Origin: an uncultured Alphaproteobacteria bacterium
GTDB taxonomy: Bacteria; Pseudomonadota; Alphaproteobacteria; HIMB59; GCA-002718135
Length of the DNA: 64,000 nt
NCBI GenBank assembly: GCA_902530685.1
Contig: CACAAZ010000002.1
Location: 2,103 to 66,102, forward strand
Reading direction: 5' to 3'
This document shows positions 52,595 to 63,398 of this stretch, in pieces. Each line of letters begins with the position of its first letter. Position 1 is the stretch's first letter. Under the pieces are notes generated by a model that saw only the letters and a program-made list of their open reading frames with translations, had not been told where the DNA came from and did no database searches. Position numbers and translations under genes: made by a program.

Positions 52595-53406
52595 TTACTT
52601 TCACCTTGTTGTTTTGCTCTTATGTATGCTGCCTTAAAAACTTGATTAAAAATATTATCAACCTTATTTATTTTCATTTTCATGATACCTGCTTCGGTTG
52701 TACCTCCTCTTGTTGCAATAGTTTCAACCATTTTTTCAGCAGAAATATTATTAGAGTTTAATAGATTTAGAGAACCTCGAAAAGTTTCATTAATTAAAAT
52801 TTTAGCTTTGTTTTTGGAAAAACCTAAATTAATTGCAGATTTTTCCATAATATCAATTAACTCAAATATAAAACCCGGACCACTCCCTGATACAGCGGTT
52901 GCTTTATCTATAAAAGTTTCACTATTAAAAAAAAGAGTTTTGCCACTCAGAGAGAACAATTTATCAATTTCTTTAATTTCTTTTTTATTAATAGATTTAT
53001 TCGTATAAATGCAATGTACACCCTCTCCTATTAAAGCAGGCATGTTTGGCATCACTCTTACAATTTTGCTAATATTTAATAAATTTTTTTTAAAAATTTC
53101 TGTTTTTTTGCCAGCTATTACACTTATTGCTATAGATTTTTTATTAAAATTTGCATTTTTTAATTCTTTAAAGACATTTGTTAATTCAAGAGGTCGAGTT
53201 GCAAATATTATATAATCAAGATTATTTTGATTATTGATGTCATCAATTGATTTAAAAAATTTTATTTTCTTATTTCTATTTCTTTTTTTAAGAATTGGAT
53301 ATTTTTTTTTATCTATAACACTGATGGTGTAACTCTTAGAGTTAGACCATCCGGACATTAAAGATCCTCCCATATGACCACATCCGATTAATAAGATATT
53401 TTTCAT
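52591..53406 (-). CDS. proC: pyrroline-5-carboxylate reductase
   Basis: NAD motif ILLIGCGHMGGS, RVMPNMPALIGEG, SGSGPGFIFELID. Confidence 0.9.
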   Translation of the reverse strand: MKNILLIGCGHMGGSLMSGWSNSKSYTISVIDKKKYPILKKRNRNKKIKFFKSIDDINNQNNLDYIIFATRPLELTNVFKELKNANFNKKSIAISVIAGKKTEIFKKNLLNISKIVRVMPNMPALIGEGVHCIYTNKSINKKEIKEIDKLFSLSGKTLFFNSETFIDKATAVSGSGPGFIFELIDIMEKSAINLGFSKNKAKILINETFRGSLNLLNSNNISAEKMVETIATRGGTTEAGIMKMKINKVDNIFNQVFKAAYIRAKQQGESK

Positions 53407-53438
53407 CTATCTATAATATAGCAGTTTTATTATAAAAA

Positions 53439-53927
53439 TTAAGCTCTGCCAATAACTTCAAAATTAGAGAATTTTATAGCTTCTTTAGGAGAAATGTCGT
53501 CAAAGAGAACTTGCTGAAAACTTGGATAATATTTTTCACATTCGTAAATTCCAATATCAACAAGATCTTCAAATTTTTTGTGTAATGTTTCTGTTGAATT
53601 ATTTGATAATAGAGTATGTCTAAAAGCTGGGATACCATTTTTACTTGTTATATCAAAATGCCCAATCCATAAGTTTTCGTTTATAAGTCCTAGCAGTTCA
53701 TACGCATTATTGAGTTTAGTTTCAGGAAACTTAATATCAAAAGTTATTGAAAAACTTAGTGCATTAATATTTTCAGACCATGTAAAATATAATCTGTAAG
53801 CGCACCAATGGGATGCAATCTCAGCAACTAATTCGTGATCAGCAGCTCTACTAAAATTCCATTTTTTTTGATGAATAACATCTTCAATGATATCTATGGG
53901 ATTTAACAATATATTCTCATTTTCCAT
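53439..53927 (-). CDS. YbjN-domain protein
   Basis: WCAYRLYFTWSENINALSFSITFD...LINENLWIGHFDI...IPAFRHTLL matches the alphaproteobacterial YbjN-like family, which is usually next to proC. Confidence 0.75.
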   Translation of the reverse strand: MENENILLNPIDIIEDVIHQKKWNFSRAADHELVAEIASHWCAYRLYFTWSENINALSFSITFDIKFPETKLNNAYELLGLINENLWIGHFDITSKNGIPAFRHTLLSNNSTETLHKKFEDLVDIGIYECEKYYPSFQQVLFDDISPKEAIKFSNFEVIGRA

Positions 53928-54035
53928 ACATTATATAGTCATGGCACATATAATTAGTACTAAATCTTGATTACTAAATTGAACTCGTGTTTTGCAAGGC
54001 AAAATCTATTAAAAATGTGAATTAGTTGAGGATTC

Positions 54036-54326
54036 CTACCTTTTTGATTTCTTTTTAATAGTTTTTTTCTTTTTGACTGTTTTTTTCTTAGATTTTAGGG
54101 TTTTAGATGATGTTTTTTTTAATTTTTCATTTTCGATAATTACTTTTTGCACCATTTTTTTTAGTGTATCAAATTCATCTTTTTTAACGAGATTCATTTT
54201 TTTTATTATTTTGTTAACTCGTAAAGATACAATTGTTTCAATTTCCTCTTTTAAACCTGAAAAAGTGCTCATAGCATCAACTGCAAATTTCGATAAATCA
54301 GAAAGTATTTTGTTTCTATCAACCAT
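54036..54326 (-). CDS. ubiK: UbiK/BMFP-like coiled-coil accessory factor with polylysine tail
   Basis: LVKKDEFDTLKKMVQKVIIENEKLKK core typical of the UbiK/YqiC family; the last ~27 residues are K-rich. Confidence 0.6.
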   Translation of the reverse strand: MVDRNKILSDLSKFAVDAMSTFSGLKEEIETIVSLRVNKIIKKMNLVKKDEFDTLKKMVQKVIIENEKLKKTSSKTLKSKKKTVKKKKTIKKKSKR

Positions 54327-54349
54327 GTTATACTATTAAATATACATAA

Positions 54350-55141
54350 ATGATTTTTATTCAACCATCAATAGATCCTGTCATCTTATCAATCGGTTTC
54401 ATTGAGATAAGATGGTACAGCTTAGCATATATCTTGGGATTTCTTTTAGGAATTTATATTATTAAAAGATTAAACGCAATTTATGGCAATCAATACAGCA
54501 ATAAAAATATAGATAGCTTTCTTATTTGGGCAGTATTAGGTGTAATTATTGGAGGACGAACAGGTTATGTTATTTTTTATCAACTTAATGAATTTTTAAA
54601 TAGTCCTTTATATCTATTTGAAATTTGGAATGGTGGTATGTCATTTCATGGTGGTTTGATAGGTATAATAATAAGTACTTATATATTTGCAAAAATTAAT
54701 GGAAAAAGTTTTTTCTACCTTTCTGATTTAGTTTCAATTGTTGCTCCTATTGGATTATTCTTTGGAAGAATTGCAAACTTTATTAATACTGAACTAATAG
54801 GTAGACCAACCGATTTTTATATATCAGTTATTTATCCATCAATAGATAATATACCAAGACATCCTTCTCAAATATATGAAGCTTTTCTTGAGGGAATTAT
54901 TTTATTTCTCATATTATCAGTCTATTTTAATAGGATAAAGAAATACAATATTTACGGAGTAATTAGTGCTCTATTTTTAATATTTTATTCCATATTTAGA
55001 TTTTTAATAGAATACGTCAGAGAACCTGATTTGCACCTAGGGTTATTTTTCAATTTTATTTCAATGGGCCAAATACTTTGTATACCTTTTTTTATTTTTG
55101 GAATATTAATAATTCAAAATGTTAAGCAAAAGAAAAATTAA
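54350..55141 (+). CDS. lgt: prolipoprotein diacylglyceryl transferase
   Basis: IRWYSLAYILGF, GGRTGYV, GMSFHGGLIG, GRIANFINTELIGRPT, RHPSQIYEA. Confidence 0.9.
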   Translation: MIFIQPSIDPVILSIGFIEIRWYSLAYILGFLLGIYIIKRLNAIYGNQYSNKNIDSFLIWAVLGVIIGGRTGYVIFYQLNEFLNSPLYLFEIWNGGMSFHGGLIGIIISTYIFAKINGKSFFYLSDLVSIVAPIGLFFGRIANFINTELIGRPTDFYISVIYPSIDNIPRHPSQIYEAFLEGIILFLILSVYFNRIKKYNIYGVISALFLIFYSIFRFLIEYVREPDLHLGLFFNFISMGQILCIPFFIFGILIIQNVKQKKN

Positions 55142-56171
55142 TAAAATAAAAATTCTTAACAATAAAAAAAAATTTCGTTTAGATAAATTTATAGAATTAG
55201 CTCTTTTTTCAAGTAACGGTTATTACTTAAGAAAAAAACCCATAGGAAAAAAATATGACTTTGTTACATCTCCAGAAATTTCGCAAATGTTTGGAGAAAT
55301 TATTAGTGTTTATTTACTTTATCATTGGAAAGATAAAATAAACTCAAAATTTAATTTAATTGAATTAGGTCCAGGAAACGGAACCTTATTTAAAGATATT
55401 GAAAGAACTGCACAGATACTTCCAGACTTTTTTGCAAATGCTGATGTTAATTTAATAGAAATAAATGAAGAATTAAGAGAAATACAAAAAAAAAATTTAA
55501 ATTATTTTACACAATCAAAAATTAGATGGTCAAAAGTTTTAAATTTCAAATCTAAACTGCCTTCAATTATATATTCAAATGAATTTTTTGACTGTTTTCC
55601 TGTACGGCAATTTTTCAATGATAATAGTCATTGGTTTGAAAGATATGTAAAATTTAATGAAAAAGAAAATAAATATTATTCTATAAATAAACCAGTAATT
55701 AGTAAAAAAGTATTAGTTGATTTAAGAAAATACAAAAAACAAAAAATTTATGAAGTTTCTTATTCAAGAAACAAATACTTTGAGCAAATTTGTAAATATC
55801 TAAGAAAAAATAGAGGTATGTGCATTTTAATTGATTATGGATATAATGTGAAAATAAAAAACTTTACATTACAAGCAATATATAATCATAAAAAAACTAG
55901 TATATTTGAAAATATAGGTCAACAAGACATTTCAAGCCATGTAAATTTTAACGAATTAATTGAAATAGCAAAACAAAACAAATTAAAAATAGACGAATTT
56001 ATTTCACAAAGAGAATTTTTAATAAAGTATGGAATATTAGAACGAAAGAAAAAATTACTATCTAAAAACTCTAATTTAAAAAAAAATTTAATAAACGAAG
56101 AAGTTGATAGATTAATTAATATTGATAGGATGGGAAAATTATTTAAGTGCCTTGTTGTTTCTAACTTATGA
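55119..56171 (+). CDS. MidA/NDUFAF7-family SAM-dependent methyltransferase
   Basis: FIELALFSSNGYY...DFVTSPEISQMFGE...ELGPGNGTL are family-typical blocks. Confidence 0.75.
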   Translation: MLSKRKINKIKILNNKKKFRLDKFIELALFSSNGYYLRKKPIGKKYDFVTSPEISQMFGEIISVYLLYHWKDKINSKFNLIELGPGNGTLFKDIERTAQILPDFFANADVNLIEINEELREIQKKNLNYFTQSKIRWSKVLNFKSKLPSIIYSNEFFDCFPVRQFFNDNSHWFERYVKFNEKENKYYSINKPVISKKVLVDLRKYKKQKIYEVSYSRNKYFEQICKYLRKNRGMCILIDYGYNVKIKNFTLQAIYNHKKTSIFENIGQQDISSHVNFNELIEIAKQNKLKIDEFISQREFLIKYGILERKKKLLSKNSNLKKNLINEEVDRLINIDRMGKLFKCLVVSNL

Positions 56172-56932
56172 TTACTAAAAATTATTTTACACATCCAAAA
56201 ATAAAGTCTTTTGTTAAAGCTGGTTTTTTTACTAGAAATGGTGGAGTATCAAAAAAAGAAAACTATTCATTGAACTGCAGCTTAAACCACAGAGATACTG
56301 AAATAAATGTAAAAAAAAATATTAATATTTGTCTAAAAAATTTGAATATCAAAAAAAAGGTTAAATTAATTAATCAAATACACTCAAACAAAATCGTCAA
56401 AATTAATAGAAAAAATGTAGATAAAAAATATTCTGGAGATGGGTTAATTTCAAATAATAAGCAAATTGCTTTAGGAGTTTTAACTGCAGATTGCTGTCCA
56501 ATTTTTATTTTTGATAAAAATAAAAAATATATTTGTGCTCTTCATTCAGGCTGGAAAGGTGCATTAAAAAATATAGCTGCTCAAGGTGTAAAATACTTTG
56601 TTAAACGAAACGTAATTAAAAAAAATATTGTTGTTCTTATTGGACCTTGTTTGACCTTTAAAAACTTTGAAGTTTCAAAAGACTTTAAAAACAAGTTCAT
56701 AAGTAAAAATAAAAAATATTCTATTTTCTTCAAACACAAAAATAAAGACAAAGATTTATTTAACTTAAGAAAATTGATTAACTATCAAATTAAGGAATTA
56801 GGTATTAAAAATATATATAACATTAATAAAGATACCTTTTCGAATAAAAAAATTTTTTTTAGCCATCGTCGGGAATCACAAAAATTTAGAGATACCGGAA
56901 GAATGCTCAATATCATTGCATTTAATGATTAA
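56168..56932 (+). CDS. pgeF: peptidoglycan editing factor PgeF (YfiH/laccase-domain family)
   Basis: QIHSNKI, LTADCCPIF and LHSGWKG motifs. Confidence 0.8.
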   Translation: MITKNYFTHPKIKSFVKAGFFTRNGGVSKKENYSLNCSLNHRDTEINVKKNINICLKNLNIKKKVKLINQIHSNKIVKINRKNVDKKYSGDGLISNNKQIALGVLTADCCPIFIFDKNKKYICALHSGWKGALKNIAAQGVKYFVKRNVIKKNIVVLIGPCLTFKNFEVSKDFKNKFISKNKKYSIFFKHKNKDKDLFNLRKLINYQIKELGIKNIYNINKDTFSNKKIFFSHRRESQKFRDTGRMLNIIAFND

Positions 56933-56979
56933 TTTTGGTTGATCTATTATTATTCTAATATAATAATGAAATCGATTAT

Positions 56980-57915
56980 ATGAAAATAATCGCCTGTAAC
57001 AGTAGCAAATCCTTAGCTAAAAAAATTTCTAATCATATTGATGTTCAATTAGCAGATGCCTCAGTTAGAACTTTTAATGATAGAGAGATATTTGTGGAAA
57101 TAAATGAAAATATTAGAGGTGAAGATGTTTTTATTATTCAATCTACATCACACCCAGCAAATGACCATTTAATGGAACTTTTAATTACGATTGATGCTGC
57201 AAGAAGAGGTTCAGCAAAAAGGATTACTGCTGTTATTCCATATTATGGATATGCAAGACAAGATAGAAAGACTGGACCTAGAACTCCAATCACTGCCAAA
57301 CTTGTTGCAAATCTAATTACATCTGCAGGAGCTGATAGGGTTTTAACAATGGACTTGCATGCTGGTCAAATTCAAGGTTTTTTTGATATCCCTTTAGATA
57401 ATATTTTTTCTGTAAGACCAATAATTGATGATGTTAAAGAAAAATTTAATGGAAATAAAGATTTAGTTGTAGCTTCACCTGATGTTGGTGGTGTTGTTAG
57501 AGCTAGAGCTTTTGCTAAGAGATTAGACGCTGGACTAGCAATTGCTGATAAAAGAAGAGAAAAAGCTGGTGAGTCTGAAGTAATGAATATTATCGGCGAT
57601 GTAAAAGATAAAACTTGTATCTTACTAGATGATATAGCTGACTCTGCAGGCACGCTGTGTAATGCTGCAGAGGCTCTTAGTAAAAATGGGGCTAAAGAAA
57701 TTTACTCTTATATTGTTCACGGTGTACTATCCGGAGATGCGCTAAAAAAGATTGAAAATTCAAGCATAAAAGAATTAGTATTAACTGATACAATTGAGCC
57801 TTCTAAGGAGGTAAAAAGTACAAAAAACATTAGACATATTAGTATTGCTCCTTTAATGGGTGATGCGATTAAAAGGATTAACACTGATACTTCAGTGTCT
57901 GCTCTTTTCGATTAA
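56980..57915 (+). CDS. prs: ribose-phosphate pyrophosphokinase
   Basis: [14 protein letters not shown] loop [11 protein letters not shown]; 311 aa. Confidence 0.95.
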   Translation: MKIIACNSSKSLAKKISNHIDVQLADASVRTFNDREIFVEINENIRGEDVFIIQSTSHPANDHLMELLITIDAARRGSAKRITAVIPYYGYARQDRKTGPRTPITAKLVANLITSAGADRVLTMDLHAGQIQGFFDIPLDNIFSVRPIIDDVKEKFNGNKDLVVASPDVGGVVRARAFAKRLDAGLAIADKRREKAGESEVMNIIGDVKDKTCILLDDIADSAGTLCNAAEALSKNGAKEIYSYIVHGVLSGDALKKIENSSIKELVLTDTIEPSKEVKSTKNIRHISIAPLMGDAIKRINTDTSVSALFD

Positions 57916-57926
57916 AATATTTTATT

Positions 57927-58604
57927 ATGAGTGATTTTAAAGCAATTGAAAGAAATAAAGATATTGGCTCCAATCATAGTCTTTTGATGAAGGGACTAGT
58001 TCCTGGCATAATATACGGTAAAGGAACTGAGCCAAAGAAAATTGCCTTGGAAGATAAAATACTGTTAAGATTAATGGGTACTGGATCTTTTTATTCTACT
58101 ATCATTGATCTTGATGTTGATGGAAAAAAAGAAAAAATACTTCCTAAGCAGTTACAATATCACCCTGTTAGTGATCGACTTATACATTTTGATTTTCTGA
58201 GAGTTCAAGAAAATACAAAAGTAAATGTTGAAATTCCTGTCAAGTTTTTGAATCAAGATAAATGTCCTGGTTTGAAAAAAGGTGGAGTTTTAAACACGGT
58301 TAGAAGACTTGTTGAACTTACATGTAATGCAAACAATATACCTAGCAAATTAGAATTTGATTTAATTGAAAGTGAAATAGGTGATGCTGTTAAAATTAGT
58401 AATATTCAACTACCTGAGGGAGTTGCTCCTACTATATCTGATAGAGATTTTGTAATAGCTACTTTAGTTCCACCAACTGTAGAAGTTGAAACTAAAACTG
58501 AAGAATCGTCAGAAGAAGGTGCAGCAGAAGGCGGTGAAGAGAAATCAGAGGAAAAGAAGGAAGAAACTTCTGATAATAAAGAAGAAAATAAAGAATCTAA
58601 GTAA
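57927..58604 (+). CDS. rplY: 50S ribosomal protein L25/general stress protein Ctc
   Basis: L25/Ctc beta-barrel N-domain plus acidic E/K-rich tail; conserved prs-rplY-pth-ychF order. Confidence 0.85.
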   Translation: MSDFKAIERNKDIGSNHSLLMKGLVPGIIYGKGTEPKKIALEDKILLRLMGTGSFYSTIIDLDVDGKKEKILPKQLQYHPVSDRLIHFDFLRVQENTKVNVEIPVKFLNQDKCPGLKKGGVLNTVRRLVELTCNANNIPSKLEFDLIESEIGDAVKISNIQLPEGVAPTISDRDFVIATLVPPTVEVETKTEESSEEGAAEGGEEKSEEKKEETSDNKEENKESK

Positions 58605-58625
58605 CTTTACTTTATATTTCATTAT

Positions 58626-59186
58626 ATGTTTTTAATTTGTGGACTTGGGAACCCAGGTGTAAATTATAAAAAAACCAGACATAATGTAGGTTTCCATTTA
58701 GTGGATAATATAATCTCACATTTTAATTTAGACAAAATCAAAGTAGATAAAAAAAAAGAATTGTATTCAGGTGTAATCAAAAACAAAAAAATCTTTGTGT
58801 TAAAACCTCTTACTTTTATGAATTTGTCTGGAAAAGCTGTTTCAGAAATCGTAAATTTTTATAAAATAAAATTAGACCATATTTTTGTAATCCATGATGA
58901 TCTTGATTTAGAATTGTCAAAGGTAAAAATAAAACAAGGTGGTGGTAACGGAGGTCATAATGGATTGGAAAGTATTGACCAATTTATAGGAGAAAATTAT
59001 TTTAGAATACGTATTGGAATTGATCATCCAGGACATAAAGATTTAGTCTCAAACTATGTTTTAAATAAATTTTTAAAATCAGAAGAAGAAAAAATAAATA
59101 AAAAGCTTGATAAAATGGTTAATAATATTGATTTAATATTTTCAGATATTCCTCTATTTTTAACAAAAATAAGTGAGCCAAATTAA
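58626..59186 (+). CDS. pth: peptidyl-tRNA hydrolase
   Basis: GLGNPG...TRHNVGF and GGHNGL motifs. Confidence 0.9.
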   Translation: MFLICGLGNPGVNYKKTRHNVGFHLVDNIISHFNLDKIKVDKKKELYSGVIKNKKIFVLKPLTFMNLSGKAVSEIVNFYKIKLDHIFVIHDDLDLELSKVKIKQGGGNGGHNGLESIDQFIGENYFRIRIGIDHPGHKDLVSNYVLNKFLKSEEEKINKKLDKMVNNIDLIFSDIPLFLTKISEPN

Positions 59187-59188
59187 TT

Positions 59189-60289
59189 ATGGGATTTAAG
59201 TGTGGGATAGTTGGATTACCAAATGTTGGTAAATCTACTTTATTTAATGCACTCACCCAATCAAATAAAGCTGAGGCTGCAAATTATCCATTTGCAACTA
59301 TAGAACCAAATATAGGAAGAGTTGCAGTCCCTGATGATAGATTAGATAAACTAGCAGTCATTGGAAAGAGTGAAAAAATAGTTCCTTCTTTTATGGATTT
59401 TGTTGATATTGCGGGATTAGTAAAAGGAGCCTCTCAGGGAGAAGGTTTAGGAAATAAATTTTTAGGACATGTTAGGGAAGTTGACGCAATAGCACATGTT
59501 GTTAGATGCTTTGAAGATACTAACATTACTCATGTATCATCAAAAATTGATCCATTAGATGATATTGAAACAATAAATTTAGAATTGCAATTGGCTGATC
59601 TTGAAAGTTTGAACAATAAAAAGTCTAGTTTAGAAAAAAAATTAAAAGCAAATGACAAAGAGGCTAAACATCAATTAGATGTTATAAATAAAATCTTACA
59701 GATGCTAGAGACTGACAGTATCTTAACAATTAATGAGTTTTCTAGTAATGAAATTTACTTTGTAAATAGTCTTAACTTAATTAGTCTAAAGCCTACTATG
59801 TATATATGTAATGTAGATGAAGAATCTATTCATACTGGAAACGAGTTATCAAAAAAAGTCATTGAGTTTGCAAAAAAAAATAATCATTCAGTAGTTTTAA
59901 TATCTGCATCAATAGAAGCACAAATAGCAGAATTAGAAAATGAGGAAGAAAAAATTGAATTTCTAAAAGAACTAAATTTAGATCAAACAACATTAAATAA
60001 AGTTATAAAATCCGGATATGAACTTTTAGGTTTAATTAACTATTTTACATGTGGTCCAAAGGAAACAAGGTCATGGACAATAAAAAGAGAAACACTTGCA
60101 CCACAAGCTGCTGGAAAAATTCATACTGATTTTGAAAAAGGATTTATTAGAGCAGAGACTATCTCTTATGACGACTATATAGACAATAATGGTGATGCTG
60201 GAAGTAGAGATTCTGGAAAGTTAAGACAGGAGGGTAAAGATTATATCGTCAAAGATGGTGATGTAATGAATTTTTTATTTAATGTCTAA
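59189..60289 (+). CDS. ychF: redox-regulated ATPase YchF
   Basis: GIVGLPNVGKSTLFNALT, DIAGLVKGAS, C-terminal TGS-like FIRAE...GKDYIVKDGDV. Confidence 0.95.
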   Translation: MGFKCGIVGLPNVGKSTLFNALTQSNKAEAANYPFATIEPNIGRVAVPDDRLDKLAVIGKSEKIVPSFMDFVDIAGLVKGASQGEGLGNKFLGHVREVDAIAHVVRCFEDTNITHVSSKIDPLDDIETINLELQLADLESLNNKKSSLEKKLKANDKEAKHQLDVINKILQMLETDSILTINEFSSNEIYFVNSLNLISLKPTMYICNVDEESIHTGNELSKKVIEFAKKNNHSVVLISASIEAQIAELENEEEKIEFLKELNLDQTTLNKVIKSGYELLGLINYFTCGPKETRSWTIKRETLAPQAAGKIHTDFEKGFIRAETISYDDYIDNNGDAGSRDSGKLRQEGKDYIVKDGDVMNFLFNV

Positions 60290-61035
60290 GTAACGTCTCG
60301 CCAAAGTCTATTTTTTGCTAAGTACACAATCGTTCCTAGAATAATAAAGAATAATATTACCTTAATTCCTAAATTTTTTCTTTGTTCCATTTCTGGTTCA
60401 GCAGCCCAGTGGAGAAAATGAGTCACGTCAGCGGATAACTGTTCTGCATTATTATCAGTGCCATCATCATAATCTACACTTCCATCGGCTATAGGTGCTG
60501 GCATAGCTATTTGATTTCCAGCCATCCATTTATTGTACCACATTCCATTACCGACCTCCATTCCCTTTGGAGGTTCAACATAACCTAGAAGAAGATTATA
60601 AATATAATCAACTCCATATTTTCTAGCTTTTGTAATTACACTCAAATCTGGAGGATAAGCTCCATTGTTATTTGCTCTTGCTTCATTATCATTGGCGTAT
60701 GGATTAACAAACCTGTCTGCTGGTCTAGCCGGTCTTTCAAACATTTCACCATCATCATTTGGACCGTCTAATACAGTATATTCAGAAGCAATTACTTTTA
60801 CTTGAGCCTCGGAAAAACCAATATCAATAAGATCTCTGTAATACAGAAGTTTCATTGAATGACATCCTGCACATACTTCTCTATAAACTTTATAGCCCCT
60901 TTGAATTGCAGCTCTATCAAAAGTTCCCGTTACACCTTTAAAAGACCAATCATGTTTTGGCATTTTTTCAGTACTCATTTCTGCAGCAAATAGATTTGAA
61001 GATAATAATAAAAAAATAATAAGTAATAGGCGCAT
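60286..61035 (-). CDS. petC: cytochrome c1
   Basis: Signal peptide, heme motif CAGCHSM, C-terminal TM anchor. Confidence 0.85.
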   Translation of the reverse strand: MRLLLIIFLLLSSNLFAAEMSTEKMPKHDWSFKGVTGTFDRAAIQRGYKVYREVCAGCHSMKLLYYRDLIDIGFSEAQVKVIASEYTVLDGPNDDGEMFERPARPADRFVNPYANDNEARANNNGAYPPDLSVITKARKYGVDYIYNLLLGYVEPPKGMEVGNGMWYNKWMAGNQIAMPAPIADGSVDYDDGTDNNAEQLSADVTHFLHWAAEPEMEQRKNLGIKVILFFIILGTIVYLAKNRLWRDVT

Positions 61036-62327
61036 TATAGATTTGTATCTTTTTGCATTGCTGGTGAAGGAATTCCTTTTTCTCCTCCACCAATATTAGG
61101 AGCTATATTTTTAGCATAAACATCACTAATACTGAGCGGTAGCTTACTTGGCTTCTCTATCCAACCAACAAAAGGTGTAATGATAAAGAAAAAACCAAAG
61201 TAGTAAAGTAAACCAACTCTTGCAATTAAAAGATATAAACCTTCAGCAGGAAGCATACCAACGTAGCCTAATGCAAAGAAGTTAACAAAAAAGCCCATCA
61301 TAAACCACTTATATATTGGTCTATAATTACAGCTTCTCACTTTTGATCTATCAAGCCAAGGTAGAACAAAGAGAATTACTATCGCACCAAACATTAGGAG
61401 AACTCCTCCTAATTTATCAGGTACTGCTCTTAAAATTGCATAAAAAGGTGCAAGGTACCAATTTGGAACAATGTGAGCTGGAGTGACAAGTGGGTCTGCT
61501 GGAATATAATTATCAACTTCAGCCATAAGATTTGGTCCAAAGAATATTACCGCTGAAATAGCAACACCAAAAGCACACATAGCTACTGTATCTTTAATTA
61601 ACATATATGGAAAAAAGTTTACTGAGTCATTGTTAGTTTTAATGTCAATCCCATCAGGATTATTTGAACCATGAACATGAACCGCAGCAACATGTAAACC
61701 TACAACACCAAAAATAACAAATGGTAAAACATAATGAAGAGCAAAGAAACGATTTAAAGTAGCATTTCCAACATTGTAATCACCAAGAAGCCATGTTTTT
61801 AATCCCTCACCAATAAATGGAATTGCACTAAATAAATTTGTTATAACTGTAGCACCCCAATAAGACATTTGTCCCCATGGTAATGTGTAACCAAGAAAAG
61901 AAGTTGCCATCATTAATAAAAATATGAATACACCTAAAATCCAATTAAGTTCTCTTGGATATTTGTAAGAACCAAAATACATTGCTCTTACTATATGAAT
62001 GTAAACTATGATGAAGAAAAAGGCTGCACCATTGGAATGGATGTATCGCATTAACCAACCGTAATTGACATCTCTCATTATTCTTTCAACACTATCAAAT
62101 GCCAAATCAGTATGTGGTGTGTAATTCATCGCAAGAAAAATTCCGCTTACTATCATTGTAACAAGTGTAATTGTTGCCAATGCACCAAAACTCCAAAAAT
62201 AGTTACAATTTTTAGGCATCGGATAATCGCCGTATTCTTTTTTGAAATACGAAATTATTGGTAAACGAAACTCTATCCAATTAAGGACAGGGTTTTTAAA
62301 CTGATGTACTTTTCTATTCTTATCCAT
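61035..62327 (-). CDS. petB: cytochrome b
   Basis: Typical 8-TM cytochrome b (WSFGAL..., RYIHSNGAAFFF, PEWYLAPFYAILR-like PNWYLAPFYAILR). Confidence 0.95.
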   Translation of the reverse strand: MDKNRKVHQFKNPVLNWIEFRLPIISYFKKEYGDYPMPKNCNYFWSFGALATITLVTMIVSGIFLAMNYTPHTDLAFDSVERIMRDVNYGWLMRYIHSNGAAFFFIIVYIHIVRAMYFGSYKYPRELNWILGVFIFLLMMATSFLGYTLPWGQMSYWGATVITNLFSAIPFIGEGLKTWLLGDYNVGNATLNRFFALHYVLPFVIFGVVGLHVAAVHVHGSNNPDGIDIKTNNDSVNFFPYMLIKDTVAMCAFGVAISAVIFFGPNLMAEVDNYIPADPLVTPAHIVPNWYLAPFYAILRAVPDKLGGVLLMFGAIVILFVLPWLDRSKVRSCNYRPIYKWFMMGFFVNFFALGYVGMLPAEGLYLLIARVGLLYYFGFFFIITPFVGWIEKPSKLPLSISDVYAKNIAPNIGGGEKGIPSPAMQKDTNL

Positions 62328-62328
62328 G

Positions 62329-62856
62329 TTATCCTATCTTTATAGTATTATCATTTAAAAAGGTATAGGGCGGAACGTCCAAGTTTTTTGGTGCTGGTCC
62401 CTTTCTTATCCTACCTGATGTATCGTAATGTGAACCATGACATGGGCAGTACCAACCATCGTACTCACCTTTCATATCTGAAACCTTCTGACCAAGTGGA
62501 ACACAACCTAAGTGTGTACATACTCCCACTAAAACTAACCATTCTTCTTTTTGTACTCTATCAGCATCATCTTGTGGATCTCTTAAGTCAGAAGCTTGAA
62601 CCATTTTAGCTGCATCAATCTCATCTTTTGTTCTTTTTTTTATGAAAACAGGTTTTCCACGCCACTTTATTGTTATACTTTGACCTTCTTCAATAGCACT
62701 AATATCTACTTCTGTTGATCCTGCAGCTAATGTATCTTCTGCTGGACTCATACTTTTAAGAAAAGGCCATATAAAAGCAGCTGTTCCAACAGCACCAAGC
62801 GTTACGGTGCTAAGTTGTAGGAAATCTCTTCTCTTATTATTGGGTTTTTTAGCCAT
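62329..62856 (-). CDS. petA: ubiquinol-cytochrome c reductase Rieske iron-sulfur subunit
   Basis: Tat-like RRDFL signal/anchor; Rieske boxes CTHLGC and CPCHGS. Confidence 0.9.
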   Translation of the reverse strand: MAKKPNNKRRDFLQLSTVTLGAVGTAAFIWPFLKSMSPAEDTLAAGSTEVDISAIEEGQSITIKWRGKPVFIKKRTKDEIDAAKMVQASDLRDPQDDADRVQKEEWLVLVGVCTHLGCVPLGQKVSDMKGEYDGWYCPCHGSHYDTSGRIRKGPAPKNLDVPPYTFLNDNTIKIG

Positions 62857-62951
62857 TTATTTTGAATTTCTTATATCTTAATTACTCAAAAAAATACTTT
62901 TTAAATATGTGCCAGCGTGACGCAAGTAATAAAATAATATAGTAAAAAAAC

Positions 62952-63398
62952 ATGAGAATTGCTCTATTTGAACCCGACATACCACAGAATGCAGGAAACA
63001 TATTTAGACTAGGTGCCTGTCTTGGAATACCAGTAGATATAATAGAGCCAGCTGGCTTTGTGATTGATGATAAGAGACTAAAAAGAGCATCAATGGATTA
63101 CTATGATTATCTAGAATTAAAAAAACATTTAAGTTGGGAAAAATTTTATGATTGGTCAAAAGATAATTCATATCGACTCGTTCTTCTAACAACAAAAAGT
63201 AAAAAAAGTTATTTCGATTATAAATTTCAATCAAATGATATTATTTTATTTGGCAGAGAAAGTGCTGGAGCGCCTGATTTTGTTCATAGCTCTGTCGATG
63301 AAAGATTAACAATACCAATGATAAAGGGGCCTAGATCGATTAATCTTAGTAGTTCAGTTGCTATTGTAGCTGGTGAAATGTTACGTCAATTAGCTTAA
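62952..63398 (+). CDS. trmL: tRNA (cytidine/uridine-2'-O)-methyltransferase (SpoU/TrmL type)
   Basis: MRIALFEPDIPQNAGNIFRLGACLG N-terminus and SLNLSSSVAI knot motif; 148 aa. Confidence 0.85.
   Translation: MRIALFEPDIPQNAGNIFRLGACLGIPVDIIEPAGFVIDDKRLKRASMDYYDYLELKKHLSWEKFYDWSKDNSYRLVLLTTKSKKSYFDYKFQSNDIILFGRESAGAPDFVHSSVDERLTIPMIKGPRSINLSSSVAIVAGEMLRQLA

Noticed and set aside
53990-54004. Hairpin TTTTGC-aag-GCAAAA downstream of the UbiK-like gene as a terminator
   Set aside because: The stem is only 6 bp and mostly A/T, and no T-run follows on the transcribed (minus) strand.
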